A DNA stretch of 64,000 bases from an uncultured Acidobacteriaceae bacterium (GTDB lineage: Bacteria; Acidobacteriota; Terriglobia; Terriglobales; Acidobacteriaceae). A program made the translations under genes and the position numbers. The notes under the pieces were generated by a model, which saw only the letters and a list, made by a program, of their open reading frames with translations, was not told the DNA's origin and ran no database searches. Shown here in pieces: positions 28,670-37,351 of this stretch; position 1 is the stretch's first letter, and every line of letters begins with the position of its first letter. The stretch lies in the NCBI GenBank assembly GCA_963699875.1, contig CAVOVN010000011.1, positions 6,744 to 70,743 on the forward strand, in the 5' to 3' direction.

Positions 28670-31150
28670 ATGACCATGTCTTCTCCCTCGCCCCTGCCGC
28701 ACACCAGTAAACGCGTGCTGGAATTCAACGAGTTTCGCCAGCTACTGGCGGGATATACGTCTTCTCCGCTGGGACGTGAGCGCGTCGTGTCGCTCGAGCC
28801 CTCGCAGGAAAGAGCATGGATTGAACAGCAGCAACAACTCACAGAGGAGCTGCGCGGATACCTTCGCACCGGCGGCAGTTTCGATTTCCATGGCTTGCTC
28901 GATCCCACTTTGCTCATCGACAAGTCGCGCATTCGCGGAGCCGTTCTGGAGCTGAGCGAGATCCGGGACATCCTGCTGCTGGCCGACCGCGCATCCGAGT
29001 GGCGCGAGATCGCGCTGCATCCTACGGTGCAGGTGCAGGAGAGCTGGCAGGAAGTCACGGCTCTCTCGCAGGAACTATCCGACTTCACTCCCCTGCTTCG
29101 CTACTTTGGCAACAAGATTCTGCCCGATGGCACGCTTGACGACCGCGCTTCGCCGGAGCTGGCCCGCATTCGACGCGAGATCGAAAAGCAGAAGCGCACA
29201 ATTCAGGAATCGCTGCGATCGTATCTGCGGCGACTGTCGGAGGGCGGCGCGGTACAGGATGAACTGGTCACCATTCGAGGCGACCGCTTTGTCATCCCTG
29301 TGAAGACGGAGCAGCGCCGGCGCGTGCAGGGCGTGGCACACGGAGCATCTTCCAGCGGACAAACGGTTTTCATGGAGCCGCTGGAGACCATCGAGCAGAA
29401 CAACGAACTGGTGCGCCTGCTGGATGACGAGTTGACGGAAATTCACCGCATCCTGCTGGAGATGACCGGCCGCGTAGGCGAATACGCCAATTCGCTGGCA
29501 AACGCGGTCAACATCCTGGGCGAGCTGGAACTTCAGTTTGCCAAAGCGCGCTTCGCACAGGACTACGACTGCGTGGCCGTGCGCTTCCTGCCTCGAAACG
29601 AACAGAACCAGACGCAAGCGCCCGAAGAGCCACCGGACTCGCTCGTCCTGCGCAAGGCTCGCCATCCGCTGCTTGAACGGACGCTGAAGCCGAGAGGGCG
29701 GCCTGTCGTTCCGGTTAGTGTTGAGATCGACCGGCAGCACCGGCAGGTCGTGATCAGCGGACCGAACACGGGCGGCAAGACGGTTGCGCTCAAGACTATT
29801 GGCCTGCTCGCGCTGATGGCACAGTCGGGTGTGCCGATTCCAGCGGAGCGCGCAGAGATGCCAATCCTTGATGGCGTCTTCGCCGATATCGGCGACTACC
29901 AGTCGATTGAGCAGAATCTGTCCACGTTCTCGGCGCACGTCAGCAACATCAATCGCATTTCACAGGAAGCGACCGAGCACTCACTGGTCCTGCTCGATGA
30001 GCTGGGATCGGCAACCGATCCTGAAGAGGGAGCGGCTTTGGCGGTCGCCATCGCCGATTACTTCCGACGCCGTGGCTGCCTGAGTATCGTCTCCACGCAC
30101 CACACCGCGTTGAAGGTCTATGCGGCCAACACCGCGGGTGTGCTGAATGCCGCGGTAGGATTCGACGAGCAGACCCTGGCTCCTACCTACGAGCTGCTCA
30201 TCGGCGTGCCTGGCGCTTCGGCGGGCATCAACATCGCGCAAAGAATTGGCCTCAACCCGGAGATCGTGACCCAGGCGCGCGAGAAGCTGACCTCGCAAGC
30301 GCAGGACGTCGGGCGCTTCCTCGACCGGCTGCACTCCGATCTACGCGAAATTGACAACGAGCGCGTACAGCTACGCCATCAGGAGCAGGAGTTGGCACGC
30401 GAGCGCAATCATCTGGCGGCCGAGGGCAAGAAAGAGCAGCGCGAAAAAATCCGCGAGCTGGAGAAGAAGCTGGAAAGCGTCCTGCGCGACTTTGAATATC
30501 GCGCACGTGAGACAGTGAACGCGGTTCAGGACCGCGCGCAAGCACTGAAACTGTCGAAAGATGCCGAGCGGCGTATCGCCAAGATGCGACGCGAATTCCG
30601 CGAGCAGTTCGATTCGACCGTCGTCGCGCACAGCACCGGCTCGGACGCTGGCGATCGCCACGCAGCTCCGCATGTCGTGCAGCAAGTTTCGGTGGGCGAC
30701 ATGGTGCGCCTGAAGTCGCTGGGCCGGGATGGCAAGGTGTTACGCCACTTCGATGACGACTCCTTCGAGGTAACGGTCGGTCCGATGAAGATGAAGGTCG
30801 CGCGCGACGATATTGCTGACGTGGTAATGCGGGCAGGCGGCGATCCAGTGTCAGCAGCGCGAGCCCGCGGCATCAACGTGGCCTTGGCTCGTGAGGACGA
30901 CAGCGTGCCGACCGAGATCAACGTCATCGGACAAAACGTGGACGACGCAAGCCGCGCGGTGGAGAAATTCGTTGATCGCGCCTTCCTGGCCGGAGCTATC
31001 CGCTTGCGCGTGGTGCACGGCAGCGGCATGGGAATCCTGCGCAAAGCGCTCCGGCAGTTGTTGCAGAGCCATCCTCACGTGGCCACCGTCTCCGAGCCTC
31101 CGCAGAACGAGGGCGGCGCCGGGGCGACGGTGGTGGAGTTGCGGAGCTGA
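28670..31150 (+). CDS. mutS2: endonuclease MutS2 (MutS domain V ATPase plus C-terminal Smr domain)
   Basis: Walker A GPNTGGKT, STHH motif, and C-terminal Smr (LRVVHGSGMGILR). Confidence 0.95.
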   Translation: MTMSSPSPLPHTSKRVLEFNEFRQLLAGYTSSPLGRERVVSLEPSQERAWIEQQQQLTEELRGYLRTGGSFDFHGLLDPTLLIDKSRIRGAVLELSEIRDILLLADRASEWREIALHPTVQVQESWQEVTALSQELSDFTPLLRYFGNKILPDGTLDDRASPELARIRREIEKQKRTIQESLRSYLRRLSEGGAVQDELVTIRGDRFVIPVKTEQRRRVQGVAHGASSSGQTVFMEPLETIEQNNELVRLLDDELTEIHRILLEMTGRVGEYANSLANAVNILGELELQFAKARFAQDYDCVAVRFLPRNEQNQTQAPEEPPDSLVLRKARHPLLERTLKPRGRPVVPVSVEIDRQHRQVVISGPNTGGKTVALKTIGLLALMAQSGVPIPAERAEMPILDGVFADIGDYQSIEQNLSTFSAHVSNINRISQEATEHSLVLLDELGSATDPEEGAALAVAIADYFRRRGCLSIVSTHHTALKVYAANTAGVLNAAVGFDEQTLAPTYELLIGVPGASAGINIAQRIGLNPEIVTQAREKLTSQAQDVGRFLDRLHSDLREIDNERVQLRHQEQELARERNHLAAEGKKEQREKIRELEKKLESVLRDFEYRARETVNAVQDRAQALKLSKDAERRIAKMRREFREQFDSTVVAHSTGSDAGDRHAAPHVVQQVSVGDMVRLKSLGRDGKVLRHFDDDSFEVTVGPMKMKVARDDIADVVMRAGGDPVSAARARGINVALAREDDSVPTEINVIGQNVDDASRAVEKFVDRAFLAGAIRLRVVHGSGMGILRKALRQLLQSHPHVATVSEPPQNEGGAGATVVELRS

Positions 31151-31274
31151 AGCTGGCTCTTAGCTCTTGGCTTTTAGCTTTTGGCCAGAAGGGCACAAGC
31201 CTCGGGTGCTGCTCGGAGTCAGCCGATAAGCCGCCGCGTTTTCTCGTCCGGCCAAAAGCTAAAAGCCAATAGCC
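31151..31274. repeat. periodic palindromic intergenic element (AGCTTTT-unit arms)
   Basis: Left arm AGCTGGCTCTTAGCTCTTGGCTTTTAGCTTTTGGCC and right arm GGCCAAAAGCTAAAAGCCAATAGCC. Confidence 0.7.
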
Positions 31275-31326
31275 AACGGCGGGTTCATTGCCTCCTTCCC
31301 GCCACTTCTCTACACTACCCACAGCG

Positions 31327-31695
31327 ATGAACAAGCTTCGCCAAACCTTGGGCGGTTATTTTTGGTGGACCTATCCGCGCGGCAGCGTGCCCTACGACAT
31401 CATGGTCACGCTGATACTGGCTTTCATCTTCCTCGCGCCGCTGGCCATCAATTTCGGTGACAAACCGACGGTCCGCGCCCCGCATCAAACAGAAACCGTT
31501 GTTCGGCCCGATGGAAATGGGTTTCTCTACAAGGTTGACGCGGCCGCCGTAAACGAAGGCAGCGACAGCGAAATTCGCGAGTCGCTGTTACGGGTGCTGG
31601 AGCCGATCTCCGGTGAGATCACCATCGACCATTACCAGGCGGTGCGCGATAGCAAGCACAAGGTCATCGCTTATCAAGTCTGGGCACATCGCTGA
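31327..31695 (+). CDS. hypothetical membrane-anchored protein
   Basis: One TM helix (IMVTLILAFIFLAPLAI) followed by a soluble domain. No family recognised. Confidence 0.5.
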   Translation: MNKLRQTLGGYFWWTYPRGSVPYDIMVTLILAFIFLAPLAINFGDKPTVRAPHQTETVVRPDGNGFLYKVDAAAVNEGSDSEIRESLLRVLEPISGEITIDHYQAVRDSKHKVIAYQVWAHR

Positions 31696-31758
31696 CGCGC
31701 AGCCTCCGACTCGCAGCAACCTCGGCTCTTTGGCAGGGTTCACTACGAAAGCAACGCT

Positions 31759-32437
31759 ATGAAAACCAGGCTCTCCCTCGTCATTTTCGTCCTTCTGCTG
31801 GCCGCCGCCGCGCAGGCGCAAAATCTTGAAGCCATCCTGAACTCGATGGACCAGGCGGCCGCGAATTTTCGCACCGCGCAAACCGATTTCGTCTGGGACC
31901 AGTATCAGAAAGTCGTCGACGAGCACGACACTCAGAAGGGCACCATGTACTTCCGCCGTCAGGGTGGCGAGGTGCAGATGGCTGCCGACATCACCTCTCC
32001 CGACAAGAAGTACGTTCTTTTCAGCGGCGGCATGTTGAGCGTCTACGTTCCCACTGCCGAGCAGGTCACCGAATACAACGCCGGCAAGAACAAGGCGGAT
32101 TTCGAGACCTTCCTGGTGCTCGGCTTTGGTGGCGCCGGACGCGACCTGCAAAAGCAGTTCGACGTGAAGTACGCCGGCATGGAGCAGGTGCAGGGCGTGA
32201 ACGCCGGCAAGCTGGAGCTTGACACCCAAGTCGGAGAAGGTCCACAACATGTTCGCGCTGATCACGCTTTGGATCGACCCGGCGCGCGGCGTCAGCGTGC
32301 AGCAGAGATTCCAGGAGCCTTCGGGCGACTACCGCCTGGCCACGTACAGCAACATCCAGCTCAACAAGAAAATCAACGGCGACGTCTTCAAGCTGAAAAC
32401 CACGAGCAAAACGAAGTTCGTCCGGCCGAATGGGTAG
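31759..32437 (+). pseudogene. LolA-like outer-membrane lipoprotein carrier/sorting family protein, frame-shifted as assembled
   Basis: Signal peptide MKTRLSLVIFVLLLAAAAQA. The frame changes near 32222: ...NAGKLEL, then TPKSEKVHNMFALITLWIDPARGVSVQQRF... in the +1 frame, ending at 32437. Confidence 0.7.
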
Positions 32438-32439
32438 GA

Positions 32440-32680
32440 AGCTTAGCTGTTAGCTATCAGCCGTCAGCCAAAGTCGCTCGGGTTTGTCATCACGAGCGGA
32501 GCGAGGGATCTGCTCTCGGCGGCCGTGCGAACAAAGCTCTCATTTGGGCGATGCGAGTAAAGAACAGATCCCTCGCTCCGCTCGTGATGACAAGGCTTAA
32601 GACCCTTGATGACAGCAAAAAGGCGGACGCAAATCCGGCTTTGTTCTTAGCTGAGAGCTGACGGCTGAAAGCTGATAGCT
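32440..32680. repeat. composite palindromic element: periodic outer arms enclosing an inverted pair of the GTCATC... repeat
   Basis: Outer arms at 32440-32469 and 32647-32680. Inner copies GTCATCACGAGCGGAGCGAGGGATCTGCTC at 32486-32515 and its reverse complement at 32562-32591. Confidence 0.8.
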
Positions 32681-32685
32681 TCCTC

Positions 32686-33804
32686 TCAAATCCTCATCGG
32701 CATCACGACGTAGCGGTACTTGAAACCGTCGTCGGCGCCGTCGTCGGGGCGCATCTGGCCGGCGGACTGAGCGTCCTTGAACTCCAGCCGTACCTCGCCT
32801 GCGCTTGAGGCCTTCAGGAAGTCGATCAGGTACTCGGAGTTGAAGCCGATGGTCATGGGATCGGCGGTGTAGGCGATCTCAATCGAATCTTCCGACTCGC
32901 CGGAGTCGGTGGACGACGAGGAAATCTTGATCTCGTTCTTGTCGAGCTTCATGCGAATTGCTCGCGAGCGCTCGTCGGCAAACTGCGCCACACGCTGCAG
33001 GGCCGTGCTCAGATCAGCACCATGCACCACGATGGATTTGGTGTTTTCCTTCGGCAATACGGCTTCGTAATTGGGGAACTGTCCGGTCAACTGGCGCGAG
33101 GTCAGCAGCCGCTCTCCGATGCGGAAGAACAGCGTCGACTCGTCTTTGGCGAAGTCGATGAAGTCCACTTCGCTGTTCTGCAGCAGCGAATACAGCTCGC
33201 TCATCGCCTTCTTGGGGATCAGCGTCTTGTTCTCGCCAGTCACGTCGAACTGCTCGCCCGTCTTTTCGATGTGCGCCAGGCGATGGCCGTCCGTCGCCAC
33301 CACGGTGATCGACTCCGGCTTTAGCACCATCAGGCCGCCGTTCAGGGTGTAGCGCGACTCCTCGTTCGAAATCGCGAAGATGGTCCGTCCGATCATGCTG
33401 CGCAATGTCTGCGCCGGGACCTTCACCACGCCCGAGGCGGGGAACGTCGGCAACCCGGGGAAGTTGGCGCGCGCCATGCCGACCATCTTGGTATTGGAGC
33501 GGCCAGAGCGAATGTTGACCCAGTGGTTCTCCAGCAGCTTGATCGAGATGTCGCCATCGGGCAGCAGTTTGACGTAGTCGTACAGCTTGCGCGCGGGAAT
33601 GGTGCAAGCGCCTTCCTTCTTCACCTTGGCTGCACATGAGGTACGCAGGCTGAGGTCGAGGTCGGTGGCGGTGATGGTCAGCCGGTTGTCAGCCGCTTCG
33701 AACAAAAAGTTCGAAAGGATAGGGATCGTAGTCTTGCGCTCAACCACCCCTTGGGTGGCCGTCAGTTCTTTCAGCAATTCAAACTTGCTTACGCTGATCT
33801 CCAT
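32686..33804 (-). CDS. dnaN: DNA polymerase III beta sliding clamp
   Basis: Three-domain clamp, MEISVSKFELLKEL...PMRI C-terminus. Position downstream of dnaA. The longest ORF starts at 33852. Confidence 0.95.
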   Translation of the reverse strand: MEISVSKFELLKELTATQGVVERKTTIPILSNFLFEAADNRLTITATDLDLSLRTSCAAKVKKEGACTIPARKLYDYVKLLPDGDISIKLLENHWVNIRSGRSNTKMVGMARANFPGLPTFPASGVVKVPAQTLRSMIGRTIFAISNEESRYTLNGGLMVLKPESITVVATDGHRLAHIEKTGEQFDVTGENKTLIPKKAMSELYSLLQNSEVDFIDFAKDESTLFFRIGERLLTSRQLTGQFPNYEAVLPKENTKSIVVHGADLSTALQRVAQFADERSRAIRMKLDKNEIKISSSSTDSGESEDSIEIAYTADPMTIGFNSEYLIDFLKASSAGEVRLEFKDAQSAGQMRPDDGADDGFKYRYVVMPMRI

Positions 33805-33852
33805 CGCCGTTCCCTGTATCGCTCCCGTAGCTTCGGCAGCCATCATTATCAC

Positions 33853-34170
33853 CCTTTGAAGTCGCGTTTTGTGAGCGGCTGATTGCGGCAGGTGTTCCAG
33901 ACTTATCGAGCGGCGCTCAACTCTGCGACTACGACTTTCCTTATATCAAATAAGAATCTAATAAAACAGTAGTAACCGTAGGCACTCTGAAAAAGTGGAA
34001 AATGATGGGAAAACCGCATGAATCAAGGGCCGTTGCCATGCCGCGCCAGCGAACAACAGGGACGGGAAACCGGCTCCTTCTGTTGGGAACGGAGCCGCTC
34101 GGGAGATCCGGCTACGATGTTCAGTGCCATCCACAACTCGTCCACAGGGTAGCCCAAGGAAAACGTCGCC
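33853..34170. other. candidate oriC region (dnaA-dnaN spacer)
   Basis: The most AT-rich stretch of the window is at 33937-33975 (TTCCTTATATCAAATAAGAATCTAATAAAACAGTAGTAA). There are three 7/9 DnaA-box-like sites: 33994-34002, 34127-34135 and 34138-34146. Confidence 0.45.
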
Positions 34171-34176
34171 CTAAAC

Positions 34177-34201
34177 TGAAAAACCGGGCCGAAGCCCGGT
34201 T
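34177..34201 (-). terminator. intrinsic terminator of dnaA
   Basis: On the minus strand the TGA stop is followed directly by ACCGGGC-TTCG-GCCCGGT and TTTTT. Confidence 0.75.
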
Positions 34202-35590
34202 TCATGCCCCCAAAGTATCAGTGAGTTTGTTCAACAGCCTGTTCAAATCTTTGTCGGTCTTGCGGGCCTCGTCGATTTTGTCGACCGAGTGCAGCACCGT
34301 GGTGTGGTGTTTGCCGCCGAACTGACGTCCGATCTCCGGCAGCGAAGCATCAGTCATGTGCTTAGCCAAGTACATGGCAATCTGGCGCGGATAGACGATG
34401 GCGCGCGAGTTGTTCTTGGCCTTGATCTCCGCCGGCCGCAGCCCGAACTGTTCCGAGACAATTTTCTGAATGGAATCAATGGTGATCTTCTTGGCCTGCG
34501 AGTCAATGACGTTCTTGAGCACTTCCTGCGCCGTCTGCAGGTTCAGCTCGCCGCCGGTGAGTGAGAAATACGCAGTCAGCCGGATCAGCGCGCCTTCGAG
34601 TTCGCGAACGTTGCTGCGGATGTTCGACGCGATGTAGAGCGCCACGTCGGTGGGAATATGGACCCGCTCCGACTCTGCCTTCTTCTGCAGGATCGCCACT
34701 TTGGTTTCCAGGTCGGGCGGCTGGATGTCGGCAATCAGTCCCCACTCGAAGCGGCTCCGCAGGCGGTCCTCAATTTCGGCCAACTCCTTAGGGGGGCGGT
34801 CGCTGGCGATTACGATCTGCTTCATGTTCTCGTGCAGAGCGTTGAAGGTGTGGAAAAACTCCTCCTGGGTGCGCTCCTTGTGAACCAGGAACTGGATGTC
34901 GTCAATGAGCAGCACGTCCATAGTGCGGTACTTCTCGCGGAAGCTGGTCATCCGGTTGTACCGTAGCGCGTTGATCATCTCATTGGTGAATTTCTCGCTG
35001 GATACGTAGCAGATGGACATGTCGGGGTTGAGTTTCTTGACCTCGTGGCCGATCGCCTGCATCAGGTGGGTCTTACCCATCCCGACGCCGCCGTACAGGA
35101 ACAGCGGGTTATACGCTTTCGAAGGGCGTTCTGCGACGGCGCGCGAAGCCGCATGAGCAAACTGGTTTCCAGCGCCGATAACGAATCCGTCGAATGTATA
35201 TTTGGGATTCAATTGTCCAGCTCCATCCCAATCGAAGCGCTGCTGCCGAACCACGCCTGGGGCCGGAGCCTCGGGTGCATCCTCATCGGCCACACCGTCG
35301 GTTCGCGTCTTCAGTTGTGCCGCGTTCTGCTTTTCCTGATCGGTGACGAACTCAACGTCCTGGTATTCAAGCCCCAGATCGTCGATCGCTTCACTGATCA
35401 GGTCTCCCCACTTCTCGCCGATGTGGCAGAAGTCGGGGTTGGGCACGCGGACGAACAAAGTGGGACCCTGCGAGTGACTGAAGCGCGTCGGCTTGAGCCA
35501 GGTTTCGTAGGAGCTGCGGTTTACTTTCTTTTCCAGTGCGTCAAGGACACGCACCCACGGATTGGGGATCACAGTTCCAATAGAAGCCAT
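34202..35590 (-). CDS. dnaA: chromosomal replication initiator DnaA
   Basis: Walker A GGVGMGKTHL, box VII, and a C-terminal DNA-binding helix (GGKHHTTVLHS). Start at the Met of MASIGTVIPNPW; the upstream extension to 35833 looks non-coding. Confidence 0.95.
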   Translation of the reverse strand: MASIGTVIPNPWVRVLDALEKKVNRSSYETWLKPTRFSHSQGPTLFVRVPNPDFCHIGEKWGDLISEAIDDLGLEYQDVEFVTDQEKQNAAQLKTRTDGVADEDAPEAPAPGVVRQQRFDWDGAGQLNPKYTFDGFVIGAGNQFAHAASRAVAERPSKAYNPLFLYGGVGMGKTHLMQAIGHEVKKLNPDMSICYVSSEKFTNEMINALRYNRMTSFREKYRTMDVLLIDDIQFLVHKERTQEEFFHTFNALHENMKQIVIASDRPPKELAEIEDRLRSRFEWGLIADIQPPDLETKVAILQKKAESERVHIPTDVALYIASNIRSNVRELEGALIRLTAYFSLTGGELNLQTAQEVLKNVIDSQAKKITIDSIQKIVSEQFGLRPAEIKAKNNSRAIVYPRQIAMYLAKHMTDASLPEIGRQFGGKHHTTVLHSVDKIDEARKTDKDLNRLLNKLTDTLGA

Positions 35591-36292
35591 AGCAGAAAAT
35601 TCCGAGGCGAATCGCGCCTCTACCCGATCAAAGTAAAATTCAGTGGGAACAGGGCCGAACACACGGTGCCACAGCGTGTAGTCCGTCACACATCGCAGAA
35701 AAAAATGAAAAGACCCGCCACCCTGAAGGGCTGCCGGATGTGCAGCGTCGCACTCTGTTGAGTGCTGGTTGATTGTCTGTGGCTGCATCGGGATACTAGC
35801 ACGAAAAAATTTGTGCGCAATAGGTGGATGCACCAGCAGACATGCAGTGCTCCGAGAGAACGATTGATTTCGGGAAAGTTACTGCACGAAAAATTTTTTT
35901 TGCGAGTGAAGTTAATGTTGCGCGCGATGTGCAGTCACATAACCCACGTTACTTCGCCGGTGCCGCGTAACAGTCGTTCCCGCTGTTCGCCATTCCCGCT
36001 TCGCCAGCGGGACCGGGGCCAGCGATGCCCCATCGAAGCGGACTGGAGTTGAGAAACGAGGCACGCGACTTTGCCAACCAACGGATTTCACTGTGGCGAG
36101 ATCGCACCCTCATGCCAACGTCCGAAACCCTGCACGTTGTTGTCAAACGCTGGCCCAAAACTCTGGCGAAGAGCGGATGGCGGACCGGGAGGAGCGGCAG
36201 CAACGCACTCCGGTTGCCACCAAGCGTCCCTGACCGTTATACTTTTGGTTTGCCTACAGACATTTTGTCCTTAGTGAGGAGCGCAGTAACGA

Positions 36293-36448
36293 ATGCCGAA
36301 GCGCACATTCCAACCCAACCGTCGTCGCCGCTCAAAGACGCACGGATTTCGTTCTCGTATGAAGACCAAGAGCGGTCGCGCGGTGTTGTCCCGCCGGCGT
36401 GCTAAGGGACGCAAACGCATTGCCGTAAAAGCTGGTTACCGCGAGTAA
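36293..36448 (+). CDS. rpmH: 50S ribosomal protein L34
   Basis: Own translation [57 protein letters not shown] upstream. Too short for the ORF track. Confidence 0.95.
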   Translation: MPKRTFQPNRRRRSKTHGFRSRMKTKSGRAVLSRRRAKGRKRIAVKAGYRE

Positions 36449-36541
36449 GCTGGCGGCAAACGGCGTCATTGCTGGAACACAGTACATCAGGAGTCGCAAA
36501 CGCTGGGGACTTCCCGGTAGTCCTTCGGCGGCGGACGTTGA

Positions 36542-36939
36542 TTGACCGAGGCCAGCCGTAAATTCCCGAAAACGAAGCGCCTGTTGCGGCATGCTGACTT
36601 TCAGCAGGTGTATCAGCAGGGGCGACGGCAGTTCACCGGGAACATGACGGTTTTTTTTCTTCGCCGCGGAGCCGACGGCGAGATAAGTCCTGCTCGCTGC
36701 GGGTGGGCCTCACCGTAGGAAAGGTCCTGGGGAACGCGGTCGAGCGGAACCGAATCAAGCGCCGGATGCGCGAAGCATTACGCGCGTCGTGGCCGCCGGA
36801 ACAAGCCTCGATCGACGTGGTGTTTAATCCCCGGAAGTCGGTTTTGCAGTTGCCATTCGGCGAATTGCGCGCCGAGGTCGAACGCGGCTTGAAGTTGGCA
36901 ATGCAGCGGGCGCGGGAAGCGAAGGCTCAGGAATCGTGA
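36542..36939 (+). pseudogene. rnpA: RNase P protein component, frame-shifted as assembled
   Basis: The TTG-initiated frame gives TEASRKFPKTKRLLRHADFQQVYQQGRRQF..MTVFFLRRGADGEISPA. The conserved LRVGLTVGKVLGNAVERNRIKRRMREA continues in the -1 frame from about 36697. Confidence 0.8.
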
Positions 36940-37205
36940 AGCGGAGCTTGCAAGCGTTATTGTCGGCCTACAAGCGCTGGGTGTCTCCGGCGCTGCCGAC
37001 CGCCTGCCGTTTTGTTCCTACCTGCTCCGAGTACGCGATGGAGGCGGTGGAGCGGCATGGTGCGTTGCGTGGCAGCATGCTTGCCGGTTGGCGACTGTTG
37101 CGCTGCCATCCATTTTGTCGCGGTGGGCACGACCCGGTGCCGATGAGGTTTTGGTGGAGTAAGCCGAGTCCAATTATTGGCTGTCATCCTGAGCGAGGAG
37201 CGTAG
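36936..37205 (+). CDS. yidD: membrane protein insertion efficiency factor YidD
   Basis: [27 protein letters not shown]...RCHPF motif. The GTG start overlaps the rnpA stop. The last 8 codons (GCHPERGA) lie inside a dispersed repeat copy. Confidence 0.9.
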   Translation: MKRSLQALLSAYKRWVSPALPTACRFVPTCSEYAMEAVERHGALRGSMLAGWRLLRCHPFCRGGHDPVPMRFWWSKPSPIIGCHPERGA

Positions 37206-37307
37206 CGACGAGTCGAAGGACCGCTATCGCCAGCAGAAATTTTCGGGTATATAGGAGTCCTTCGACCACGCTCTTCGCCTGCTGCGAATCGCTCCGCTCA
37301 GGATGAC
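37183..37307. repeat. inverted pair of the GTCATCCTGAGCG... dispersed repeat
   Basis: Copy at 37183-37221, GTCATCCTGAGCGAGGAGCGTAGCGACGAGTCGAAGGACC. A reverse-orientation copy at 37254-37307 ends ...GCTCCGCTCAGGATGAC. Confidence 0.8.
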
Positions 37308-37351
37308 AACGAAACACAGAATTCATTAGTCGACTAACGAACGGATCAAAC

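Noticed and set aside
12132-32680. The periodic CAGCTGA-type elements as CRISPR arrays.
   Set aside because: The units are 7-8 nt and contiguous, with no 25-40-nt unique spacers. The arms are inverted rather than direct, and there are no cas genes.
34002-34325. ORF 34002..34325 (+) and ORF 34023..34205 (-) in the dnaA-dnaN spacer.
   Set aside because: They span the dnaA terminator and the 3-prime end of dnaA, have no RBS, and give Arg-rich low-complexity translations. The region is better explained as an oriC or promoter spacer.
35591-36292. The rpmH-dnaA spacer as the primary oriC.
   Set aside because: It has only 6/9 DnaA-box matches and no AT-rich stretch comparable to 33937-33975. I keep it as the alternative, to be settled by GC skew or marker frequency.
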